The position numbers and the translations under genes were made by a program. Positions 1 to 10,732 of a stretch of 64,000 nucleotides of DNA are shown piece after piece (the stretch's first letter is position 1; the number at the start of each line of letters is the position of its first letter). The DNA is from an uncultured Acidobacteriota bacterium (GTDB lineage: Bacteria; Acidobacteriota; Thermoanaerobaculia; Gp7-AA8). Location: contig CAWGHO010000002.1 in the NCBI GenBank assembly GCA_963822445.1, positions 256,001 to 320,000 of the forward strand. Direction: 5' to 3'. Under the pieces are notes generated by a model. The model did no database searches. It saw only the letters and a list, made by a program, of their open reading frames with translations, and was not told where the DNA came from.

Positions 1-2
1 TA

Positions 3-437
3 CTCGACGGCTGGCGGCACTATCCGCCGGATATCTTTCCGCCGGTGTGGCAGCGGTTCGACGAATTGATCACCTCCGGTACCGCCCGAGCAAGCGACGA
101 AGTATTGAGGGAGTTGAAAAAGAAAGAAGGCGACGAGACGTACGCGTGGTGCGCCGCTCGACCTGCATTGTTTCTGCCGCTCGACGGGAAGATCCAAAAA
201 GCGGTGGCCGAGATCCTTGCGGCACATCCCAAACTGGTTGAGTCAGGCGGGAAGCGGAGCGCCGCCGACCCATTCGTCATCGCGGTCGCCCGGGTGCACA
301 AGTGCGCTGTCGTGACTGGCGAAAGTGCATCGGGCAAGATCAACAAACCTCGCATTCCAGACGTATGTGAGGCGCTCGGCATCGAAGTTCTGTCACTCCT
401 CGGCGTCTTCCGGCGCGAAGGTTGGACGTTCGCGTAA
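3..437 (+). CDS. PIN-like DUF4411 family protein (5' end outside window)
   Basis: Frame is open from the window start (LDGWRHYPPDIFPPVWQRFDELI). It contains SDEVLREL, ADPFVIAVA, VVTGE and KPRIPDVC motifs typical of DUF4411/PIN-like proteins. Confidence 0.75.
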   Translation, partial: LDGWRHYPPDIFPPVWQRFDELITSGTARASDEVLRELKKKEGDETYAWCAARPALFLPLDGKIQKAVAEILAAHPKLVESGGKRSAADPFVIAVARVHKCAVVTGESASGKINKPRIPDVCEALGIEVLSLLGVFRREGWTFA

Positions 438-481
438 AAGTCGAGGAGGAGTAGACGACCCGACCGCGCGCTTACTGGTTT

Positions 482-526
482 CTTCACACGGTGGGGTCAA
501 CGGTTCGAGTCCGTTAGCGGCTACCA
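482..526 (+). mobile_element. 3' half of tRNA-Val(CAC), probable attR of an integrated element
   Basis: c-TTCACAC-GGTGG-GGTC-AACGG-TTCGAGT-CCGTT-AGCGGCT-ACCA gives the anticodon loop, T-arm and acceptor 3' strand with CCA. There is no D-arm or 5' acceptor strand upstream. Confidence 0.75.
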
Positions 527-541
527 AAACGAACATCCCTG

Positions 542-573
542 AACGCCGCCCGCGAGGGCGGCGTTTGTGTTTT
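542..573 (+). terminator. Intrinsic terminator after the tRNA fragment, probably bidirectional
   Basis: AACGCCGCCC-GCGA-GGGCGGCGTT hairpin followed by TGTGTTTT. Confidence 0.75.
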
Positions 574-577
574 CGAT

Positions 578-3573
<2,996 letters not shown>

Positions 3574-3577
<4 letters not shown>

Positions 3578-4149
3578 GCGCTGCCGCCCAGTCTGTGGAG
3601 GAGCCAGGCCCGCGCGAAGGCCCAGTCACGCTTCGCTGTCCGCGGCGAGCAGCCGAGGAGCGCGGCGACTTCGTCGATGTTCAGGCCGCCGAAGAAACGG
3701 AGCTCGATGACGCGCGAAAGCCGCGGCTCCTCGACGGCGAGCAGGTCCAGCGCGCGGTCGAGATCGATGAGCTCCGCGGAATCCATCGTCGACGTTGCTC
3801 CCTCATGCAGCACATCGACGATCTGCAGCCTGGGCGAGCCGGCACCGCGCTTCTGCGCGAGGTTCGCCCGGGCGTGATCGACGAGGATGCGACGCATGAT
3901 CCTTGACGCAATAGCGAAAAAATGGGCCCGATCGTGCCATGGCACGTCGCCGAGGCCGCGCAGGCGGAGGTAAACCTCGTTGGCGAGCGCGGTCGGCTGC
4001 AGGGTGTGGCCGGGCGGCTCGGACCGGAGATGCTTCGCCGCGATCGCGCGAAGCTCGGTGTAGACCATCGGCAGGAGCCGTTCGAGCGCACCGTCGTCGC
4101 CCTGCTCCCAGGCGCGGAGAACCTCGGTGATGGGAAGCTCCGGAACCAT
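3574..4149 (-). CDS. ECF sigma factor, kinase-associated TIGR02999/ECF43-like
   Basis: HTLQPTALANEVYLRL, DRAHFFAIASRIMRRILVDHAR and ELRFFGGL...KRDWAFARAWL motifs. Confidence 0.9.
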
Positions 4150-4201
4150 CCGGACCTATTTGACGCGATTCCGGATCTAATGCCAATCGGCTTGTTCGGT
4201 G

Positions 4202-4800
4202 CTACTCCGTCGTCGGAATCCCCATCTCGAACTTGAAGTAGTTCCCGCGGTCGTATTTCTTCTTGGTCGTCACCAGTTCGCTGTATTTGTCGCGGTAGTA
4301 CTCAGCGATGGGGATGTCCCGATCGGGAAAGTTGATGAACCCGCCTTCGGTGTAGCGGGCGTTGCGCATCCGATCGCGGAAGGCCGCAACGAACTGCATG
4401 CATGCCGCGCTCACCGTCTCATCCTGAGGCCTGATCCACCACGCCTGGTACTGCAGCAGGAACGGCTTGTCGCGCCACGCGAAGGAGCTCAGCGCATTGC
4501 GGTTCGCCTCGATCTGACCGCCCATGCAACGCGCACATCGCCGCAGCCTCCGTCGCCGAACAACTGCCGCGGCTTCGCGTTCCACAACTCGCTGTAGACC
4601 TTCGAGTTTTTCGCACCCGCGCCGACCCTCGCGATCCGGGTCGCCGCATCGACCTTCACGTGATCGATGTTCGACAGATCGATGACGCATACGCCCGTAC
4701 CGGAGCACATCCCCTCGTGATGATGCCCGCCCGACCGGAGTTCCTTTAGGTTGACGTTTCCCTATGTCGGGCATTCCGCGAGGGTGGCGGGCACCGCGAC
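4202..4800 (-). pseudogene. Degraded FAD-binding berberine-bridge-enzyme-type oxidoreductase
   Basis: One frame gives LRSGGHHHEGMCS...VIDLSNIDHVKVD...ARVGAG (FAD-binding domain) with an in-frame TAG just upstream. Another frame gives the BBE C-terminus GFINFPD...YYRDKYSELVTTKKKYDRGNYF. Most of the middle is deleted. Confidence 0.75.
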
Positions 4801-4837
4801 GGGACGACCGCCGCCCACGACTCGTCCGATGGGACGG

Positions 4838-5392
4838 CTAGCCCCGCAACTTGACCGCCGACACTGCCACCAGCGCCGCGGCGAGCAGGGAGAGCATCCA
4901 CACCGACAACGTCGGAACCGCCGGGGCACTGGCCGGAGGCCCGATCACCGTGAGCGTGGCGGAAGCCGGACCACCGTTGGGAGTTCCGGTCGCCGTGACT
5001 TGCGAGGTGGTGTTGAGATGCACGCCGAGCGCGATGCCCTGAACGAGCACGATGATGGTGCAGGACTGCCCCGCTGCCAGAACACTCGACGTGCTCGAGA
5101 ACGTCTCGGTGCCGGGGCTGATGGTGAACATCCCGCCGCCGGTGGCCGGCGTGCTGCACGTCCCGCCGATCTGCGTAATCAGATTGACGCCCGCCGGCAT
5201 CGTGTCGCTGAACTGAACGTTGGTAATCGGAAAGGCGTTCGGATTCGTGACGGTGATGGTCGCATCCGAATTGTCGTTGAGCATGACGATCGCCGGATCA
5301 AAGCTCTTGGTGATCGTCGGAGCGAGCGCCTGCGCGGATGCGTTCAGGGCCAACAACATCGTGAAGAGCGTCGCAACCAGCAATCGTTTCAT
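4838..5392 (-). CDS. Secreted DUF11-like Ig-fold protein with IPTL-CTERM sorting signal
   Basis: Signal peptide, TITKSF...ITVTNPN...FSDTMPAG motif, and C-terminal VPTLSVWMLSLLAAALVAVSAVKLRG. Confidence 0.8.
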   Translation of the reverse strand: MKRLLVATLFTMLLALNASAQALAPTITKSFDPAIVMLNDNSDATITVTNPNAFPITNVQFSDTMPAGVNLITQIGGTCSTPATGGGMFTISPGTETFSSTSSVLAAGQSCTIIVLVQGIALGVHLNTTSQVTATGTPNGGPASATLTVIGPPASAPAVPTLSVWMLSLLAAALVAVSAVKLRG

Positions 5393-5400
5393 GTGGAGGC

Positions 5401-5430
5401 ACGATATTGATCAAGCCGCCTCCATGTCAA
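5401..5430 (-). promoter_or_regulatory. Sigma70 promoter giving a (near-)leaderless IPTL-CTERM gene
   Basis: Minus strand TTGACA-N18-TATCGT, 8 nt before the ATG, with no Shine-Dalgarno. Confidence 0.7.
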
Positions 5431-5514
5431 AGTCGCTCCCGTATTCAGTGGGTCAGCTTTCTGGTCGCTGCGCCGGCCGCGGCGCCGGGAATGTCTCCAA
5501 ACGCCCCTGAGTTC

Positions 5515-5544
5515 TTGCAACGCGCTGAGGGCCTGGGCTATCTT
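5515..5544 (+). promoter_or_regulatory. Sigma70 promoter of tRNA-Val
   Basis: TTGCAA-N18-TATCTT followed by a GC-rich discriminator upstream of the tRNA. Confidence 0.6.
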
Positions 5545-5562
5545 CCGCCTCCAGCAGCACGC

Positions 5563-5639
<77 letters not shown>

Positions 5640-5652
5640 AATGCCCACAACC

Positions 5653-5681
5653 AACGCCGCCTTCGGGCGGCGTTTTTGTTT
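5653..5681 (+). terminator. Intrinsic terminator after tRNA-Val
   Basis: AACGCCGCC-TTCG-GGCGGCGTT followed by TTTGTTT. Confidence 0.8.
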
Positions 5682-5727
5682 GGCGTTTCTGGTCATGGAG
5701 TTGCAATTCATGAGTCAGGAGGTACTC

Positions 5728-6072
5728 ATGGCTGCAAGCAAAAAAAAGAAGAGTGCGACGACGTTGCGGAACGTCGTCGGTGGAGCGGTGGGCAGTGACG
5801 CGTTGCTCGATCTCGTGGAAAAGCTGGGCCTCGTCGACATCGTCGTCGGTCGCCTGAAATCGCGTCTCGAGGAAACGGATGTCGATGAGCTGTTCGACGA
5901 CCTCACCGACTACATGAAGCGCAATCCGGAAGTGCTCGTGGTGTCACTCGGCGCGCTCACCGTCGCGACCGGCCTCGTCGTTTTCCTGAACAGCCGCCGC
6001 GAGTGGGACGGCGCCGTGGAGCGCCGGGGAACGGGCAAGCGAGCTCCCGCGCGCGTCAAGCGCATCGCGTAA
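5728..6072 (+). CDS. Small hypothetical protein with C-terminal TM helix (ElaB/DUF883-like tail)
   Basis: AGGAGG RBS before ATG 5728. The tail YMKRNPEVLVVSLGALTVATGLVVFL is hydrophobic. Confidence 0.65.
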   Translation: MAASKKKKSATTLRNVVGGAVGSDALLDLVEKLGLVDIVVGRLKSRLEETDVDELFDDLTDYMKRNPEVLVVSLGALTVATGLVVFLNSRREWDGAVERRGTGKRAPARVKRIA

Positions 6073-6075
6073 TCC

Positions 6076-7203
6076 TCAAACGAACTGCGGGACTTCGGCC
6101 GCCGCCGCCGGCGGCTCGAAGTGTTCCTTCGATTCCCGCACGCGCAGCCGCGGGCCTCGCTCGATCACGGCCTGCGACACATCGATCCCCACCGATTTCC
6201 AGCCCGCCAGGACGGCTTCCTGCGGCGCGCTTCCGGCGCCGAAAAGCTCTCCGGCCGCGCGCCAGGTCGCGTCGGCGCAATGCTGGAATCGCGATCGCGG
6301 ACCGAGCTCGCGCGTCAGCGCCCGATACCAGATCCGTCCCGCGGTCTCCCAGGCCTTTCCGCCGAGGAGCGTGGCCACGCGATAGAAAGCATGGTTGGGG
6401 ATTCCGGAGTTGATGTGCACACCACGATCGTCCGCTGATGTCTTCACGTAGTTGCGCATGTGCGCGGGCTGCGGATCGTCGCCGAGAATCGGATCGTCGA
6501 AGGCGGTGCCCGGCGCGCTGAAGGAGCGGATGCCTTCGCCGTTCACGCGATCGGTGAGCAGCTCGCGGCCGACGATCCACTCCGTCGACGTCCCTTCCGC
6601 GTACTGCTTCACCATCAACCCGAACACGTCCGAGTAATGCTCGGCGAGCGCGCCTCCCTGTCCGCTGAAGGCGAAACCGGCCGCGAACTGCGTGACGCCA
6701 TGAGTAAGCTCGTGCGCGATGACGTCGAGCGCCGAGGTGAAGCGGCGAAAGTACTTGCCGTCGCCGTCGCCGTAAATCATCTGCCGGCCGTTCCAGTGCG
6801 CGTTGTTGAAGCCTTCGCCAAAGTGAACGGTCGAGTCGAGGCGCATGCCGCGGTCGTCGATCGAGCTGCGGGCATGCACGCGGCGGAAGTAGTCGTAGGT
6901 GCGCCCCGCTCCTTCGTAAGCCTCATTCACCGCAGCATCCCGCAAAGCCCGCCCACCCTCGGACCGCACGTTCAGGCCCGGCAGATCACGGGTCATGCGC
7001 GCGTCGAACACCGTGCGCTGCTTGCGGCGTGGCGGAAGGATCAACTCACCGGCGACGAGCGCGACCGCGTGGCGTTCCGCGCGGGGCGGCGCGGACATGG
7101 CCATGGTCGCCATCGCCCGAAGGCGATCCTCCCCGTCGCCGCGCGCGGCGATGTTGCGCAGGATGTGAGGCGGCACGATGCTGCAGAGCGCGCGTCGTCG
7201 CAT
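6076..7203 (-). CDS. M4 family (protealysin-like) zinc metallopeptidase
   Basis: CSIVPPHIL propeptide motif, NNAHWNG, DVIAHELTHGV zinc motif, EHYSDVFG and GVHINSGIPN. Confidence 0.92.
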   Translation of the reverse strand: MRRRALCSIVPPHILRNIAARGDGEDRLRAMATMAMSAPPRAERHAVALVAGELILPPRRKQRTVFDARMTRDLPGLNVRSEGGRALRDAAVNEAYEGAGRTYDYFRRVHARSSIDDRGMRLDSTVHFGEGFNNAHWNGRQMIYGDGDGKYFRRFTSALDVIAHELTHGVTQFAAGFAFSGQGGALAEHYSDVFGLMVKQYAEGTSTEWIVGRELLTDRVNGEGIRSFSAPGTAFDDPILGDDPQPAHMRNYVKTSADDRGVHINSGIPNHAFYRVATLLGGKAWETAGRIWYRALTRELGPRSRFQHCADATWRAAGELFGAGSAPQEAVLAGWKSVGIDVSQAVIERGPRLRVRESKEHFEPPAAAAEVPQFV

Positions 7204-7205
7204 TA

Positions 7206-7245
7206 CGGACCTACCTTGTCGCGGGATGGCGACAAGGTAGGTCCG
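7206..7245. repeat. Perfect 17-bp inverted repeat (REP-like hairpin) abutting the M4 start codon
   Basis: CGGACCTACCTTGTCGC-GGGATG-GCGACAAGGTAGGTCCG. Confidence 0.75.
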
Positions 7246-7271
7246 ATGAGCGCTGATTTCAACGGTTAGTT

Positions 7272-10200
7272 TTACGGCTCGATCGACACGGTGCCTGTGG
7301 CCTGCATCGTCTGCGTGCCGCAGGACGTGGCCGCGTACGCGGTGATCGTCGCCGACGTCGCTCCTTCGGCCGGGGCCGTGTAGCGCAGGGTGTACGTGAA
7401 CCAGTCCGAGCTGACGTAGGAGATCTCACCGGCCGTCGCTTCCCAGTAAAGCGTCGAGTAGTTGGCGCTGTACGGATACTCGAGCGTGAAGTCGAAGCTC
7501 CCGCCCGGGGCGACGGTCGTCACGGGCAGCGTCATAACCGGCGCCGCGATCTGTCCTTCGATGCCGATGAAGAAGCCGGAGCCGTAGCCCTCGCAGCCTT
7601 CGGCGAGGCGAATCCGCGACTCCAGCACGAGCGAGCCCGGCTCCAGACCTTCGATCGTGACCGTGGTCGCGTCGGAAGCAACGATCCGGCCGGCCGTGCC
7701 GACGAGCGACCAGATCACCTGCGCCCCCGCGGGAACGTTGTACGCGGTGTATGTCTGCGTCGTGCCGGTGCAGAACGACGAGCTGCCGCCCACCTGCGTG
7801 TACGGAACGCTGTTCGTAGCCTCGACGTAGATGCTGCTGCTGATGCCCGGCGTGCCGGTCGCGTCATGGAAACTGGAGAGATAAATCCAGCCGCCCGTCG
7901 TGACGTTGTGCGTCACGCTGGCCTCGCTGGTGGTGAACGTCTCGCCGGTATCGCTCCACGTTCCCGTGAAAGGCGCGGTCCCGGTGAAGGTGGCGGTCAC
8001 TACCTGCCCGCACGCGCTCGGGCTCGCGGTGAACGTCGCGGTCGGGGGCGCCGGAAGGACCTGCATCGTGCGCGTCGCTTCGAACGCCACTCCGCAATTC
8101 GTGGTGCCGAAGATGCGCACCAGCGAGTCGCCAGTGCCGTGCGTGCTCGTGTAACTGATGACGTAGTAGCCCGGCCAGGGATTGCTCTCGATGGCCATGG
8201 CGTCGCCGAATGAGTTCTCGAACTGGAGCGTGGCCGTGTTCGGATCGACCCAGACGCCGAAGGTCGTGCTCTGTCCCTGATAGACGCCGTACAGATCGAA
8301 CCACGGCTGCTGCACGTATCCGCCGACATTGAGGGACTGCCACGCCGCCTTCGCGCTGCATGCGCCGGGGCCGACGAGCTGCACGCTCGCTGCGACGTAG
8401 AACTCTCCGGCCTGGATGACGATCGAGCTCGTTCCCTGACCCGAGACGATCGTGCCGCCCTGGACTTCCCAGTTCGCGGTCGCACCTTCCGGCAGGGGCG
8501 TGGTGAGGGTCGCGGTGACCGTGCTGTTCGGGCAGGCCGACGTCGTGTTGTACGCAAAGTCAGGCGCCGGCAGGGCAACGTAGTCGAAGGTCGCGGAGCC
8601 GGTCACGACGCCTGGGCCGTTCGCATCGCTGAACTGCGTGATCGTGTACGTGCCGGGGCCGTCCGGATAGAGGCTGATCCATGGATATTCGGCGTAGAAG
8701 GTCTGGCCGTTGCTCCAGGTGCCGGTGAACGGCGCGGTGCCGGTGAGGTTGGCGTAAACGTAAAAGTTTGTGCAGTCGGTGCCGTACTTGTCGACCGTCG
8801 CCGTCGCCTGCACCGGCGCACCCGCGTTGATGGTCAACGTCGTCGACGCGGTGTTCGTCAGGAAGCATTCGTTCTGCATGTTGACGCTGATCGTCGCGAC
8901 GCCGGCGCCATTCGTGGAGCGGTATTCGTACGCGTAGGTGTACTCGTCGACTTCACCGATCGGGAAGATGTTGTCGCCGAGGGAACTGGTGACGCTCCAG
9001 CCGGTGGCGTAATCGTTCAGTCGGGTGACCTTCACGACGGCCGTCCCGCCCGCATCGATCGTCGATGGCTCCACCGTCACCGAAGCCTCGGGCGTCCCCA
9101 GGGTCACGAAAAACGGGAAGGTGTACTGCGACGTGCAGCCAGCGGCGTTGGTGAAGGTTGAGGTGACGGTCGTGTTTCCGGGCTCATTGCCGTAGAACTC
9201 GAGAACCGGCGTGCCCTGACCGGAAACGATGGTGCCGTTCACGATCGACCAGGTGACCGTGACTCCATCCGGAACCGGAACGAGCAGGCGGGCGACACGA
9301 ACGAGCCCGGGGCACGTGCGCGTGCCGTAGTACCAGCCGTTCACGATGTCGTCGTACGCGTATGTCGGCTCAGGCAGACCGAGGGACGTGATCACGGCGC
9401 TGCCGGTGACCTCGCCGGGGCAGGAGTTGCTGTCGGTGAAGCTGGAGATGGTGTACGTGCCTGGCGTGTTGGCGACGCGCACGAGCTGGCTGTCCATCGT
9501 GTAGAACGGCTCGCCGTCGCTCCAGTAACCGAAGAACGGCGCGGTGCCGGTGAAGTCGGCTGTGATGGTGCCCGCATCGCACGAGCTGCCGCCGCTGACC
9601 ACTGCCTTGGGCGCGCAGTCCTGGACCAGGTAAGTCCAGGTCACGGTGCGCGTGCAGGTGCCGGTCGAGACATGCACCAGGACGCGGAAGAATCCGGTCG
9701 CAGGCGTCTTCACGCGCAGCCAGTCAGATCCGGTCGCGAGGATCTCCGCGTTTTCCGCCGTGAAGGTCGCGCTCTCGTGCGGCGCAAGACCCACGAGCGT
9801 GAGCAGCAGATCGAAGCCCGGCGGGAAGTACGGCGTGGCCGGATTGGTGAGGAGGTAGAGGGCGGAGATCTGGCACTGCTGAATGGCGACAGTCGCCGTC
9901 GACCGAACCTCGCACACCGCCGAGTTGCTGTCGCCGCGCGTGATGAATGCGCTGAGTCGCACGGAGCCCGACGCGCCGGCGGTGACCTGCACGGTCTCGC
10001 CTTCGGTCGACGACAGCGTTCCACCGAGAACCGACCAGCGGACCGTGTGGCCGGGGCGCAGATCGACGGAGGCGGTGAAGGTCTCGTTCGCGTTGACCGC
10101 AGGCTTGCTGACCGTGATCGGCGCCGGCTGCACGTTGCAGAGGTCGACGTCGTACGTCAGGTCGCGGCTGAACATGCCGCACTCGGTGGCGACGGTCAGG

Positions 10201-10466
10201 GTCATGTGCTTCCGCCCCGGCAGCTCGGGAACGTAGGTGAACGACCGCTGAGCGGGAGACAGCGTCACCGGCTGATCGAAGTCGTGGCCGGTGATCGTCT
10301 GCGACAGCACGGGTTCATCGAGGAACCAGCTGACCCGGAAGGGCGCGCCGGTGCGGCCATCCTGGAAGCCGATCCCGGAAATGGGATTGACGCAATCGGC
10401 TCCGAAGGCGGAAAGAGAACACAGCATCAGTACAGCAGCCGCTAAAACGGACAGGTGTCGGCGCAA
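7272..10466 (-). CDS. Large secreted Ig/PKD-like repeat protein
   Basis: AGAGGAG RBS, TTG start and signal peptide. Three TGTAPFxGxWS(D/N) modules, repeated WxxxGGT(I/L)xSxxG modules and paired Cys. Confidence 0.8.
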   Translation of the reverse strand: MRRHLSVLAAAVLMLCSLSAFGADCVNPISGIGFQDGRTGAPFRVSWFLDEPVLSQTITGHDFDQPVTLSPAQRSFTYVPELPGRKHMTLTVATECGMFSRDLTYDVDLCNVQPAPITVSKPAVNANETFTASVDLRPGHTVRWSVLGGTLSSTEGETVQVTAGASGSVRLSAFITRGDSNSAVCEVRSTATVAIQQCQISALYLLTNPATPYFPPGFDLLLTLVGLAPHESATFTAENAEILATGSDWLRVKTPATGFFRVLVHVSTGTCTRTVTWTYLVQDCAPKAVVSGGSSCDAGTITADFTGTAPFFGYWSDGEPFYTMDSQLVRVANTPGTYTISSFTDSNSCPGEVTGSAVITSLGLPEPTYAYDDIVNGWYYGTRTCPGLVRVARLLVPVPDGVTVTWSIVNGTIVSGQGTPVLEFYGNEPGNTTVTSTFTNAAGCTSQYTFPFFVTLGTPEASVTVEPSTIDAGGTAVVKVTRLNDYATGWSVTSSLGDNIFPIGEVDEYTYAYEYRSTNGAGVATISVNMQNECFLTNTASTTLTINAGAPVQATATVDKYGTDCTNFYVYANLTGTAPFTGTWSNGQTFYAEYPWISLYPDGPGTYTITQFSDANGPGVVTGSATFDYVALPAPDFAYNTTSACPNSTVTATLTTPLPEGATANWEVQGGTIVSGQGTSSIVIQAGEFYVAASVQLVGPGACSAKAAWQSLNVGGYVQQPWFDLYGVYQGQSTTFGVWVDPNTATLQFENSFGDAMAIESNPWPGYYVISYTSTHGTGDSLVRIFGTTNCGVAFEATRTMQVLPAPPTATFTASPSACGQVVTATFTGTAPFTGTWSDTGETFTTSEASVTHNVTTGGWIYLSSFHDATGTPGISSSIYVEATNSVPYTQVGGSSSFCTGTTQTYTAYNVPAGAQVIWSLVGTAGRIVASDATTVTIEGLEPGSLVLESRIRLAEGCEGYGSGFFIGIEGQIAAPVMTLPVTTVAPGGSFDFTLEYPYSANYSTLYWEATAGEISYVSSDWFTYTLRYTAPAEGATSATITAYAATSCGTQTMQATGTVSIEP

Positions 10467-10575
10467 GAAAAGCTCCTCTAAGCAGGATGGATGGACTTCT
10501 GGACGGCGCGCATGGTCGCACGCCCCTGGGGCTGAAGGGAAGAGTTATTTGAGACTACGACCGCCCCATACGCCG

Positions 10576-10584
10576 TGTTACAAT
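10576..10584 (+). promoter_or_regulatory. Extended -10 promoter for the thrS leader
   Basis: TG-T-TACAAT, 9 nt upstream of the leader ATG. Confidence 0.65.
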
Positions 10585-10593
10585 CCGCGCCCC

Positions 10594-10659
10594 ATGTCCC
10601 GGACGGCCACAACGACTACGCGAACGACGAGCAGCACCACGCTCGCGCCCTGTCGTTGA
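10594..10659 (+). CDS. Thr-rich leader peptide (MSRTATTTTRTTSSTTLAPCR)
   Basis: 9 of 21 codons are Thr, using all four Thr codons, directly upstream of thrS and overlapping the antiterminator arm. Confidence 0.88.
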   Translation: MSRTATTTTRTTSSTTLAPCR

Positions 10660-10719
10660 TCGTTGTTTCCCCTAATTCGAAATGATCAAGACAGGGCTCC
10701 GGCCCTGTCTTTTGTTTTT
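10647..10719 (+). terminator. Attenuator: mutually exclusive antiterminator and terminator
   Basis: The terminator is AAGACAGGGC-TCCG-GCCCTGTCTT+TTGTTTTT (10688-10719). The antiterminator is GCCCTGTC-G-TTGATCGTT (10647-10664) pairing with AATGATCAA-GACAGGGC (10681-10697). Confidence 0.88.
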
Positions 10720-10732
10720 CCGTGAGGTTTCC

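Noticed and set aside
10560-10730. T-box riboswitch upstream of thrS
   Set aside because: No T-box consensus (AGGGTGGNACCGCG) and too short for stem I; the leader-peptide model explains the region.
10682-10732. ORF-track N-terminal extension of ThrRS (MIKTGLRPCLLFF)
   Set aside because: It is the translated terminator hairpin. The RBS and homology point to ATG 10733.
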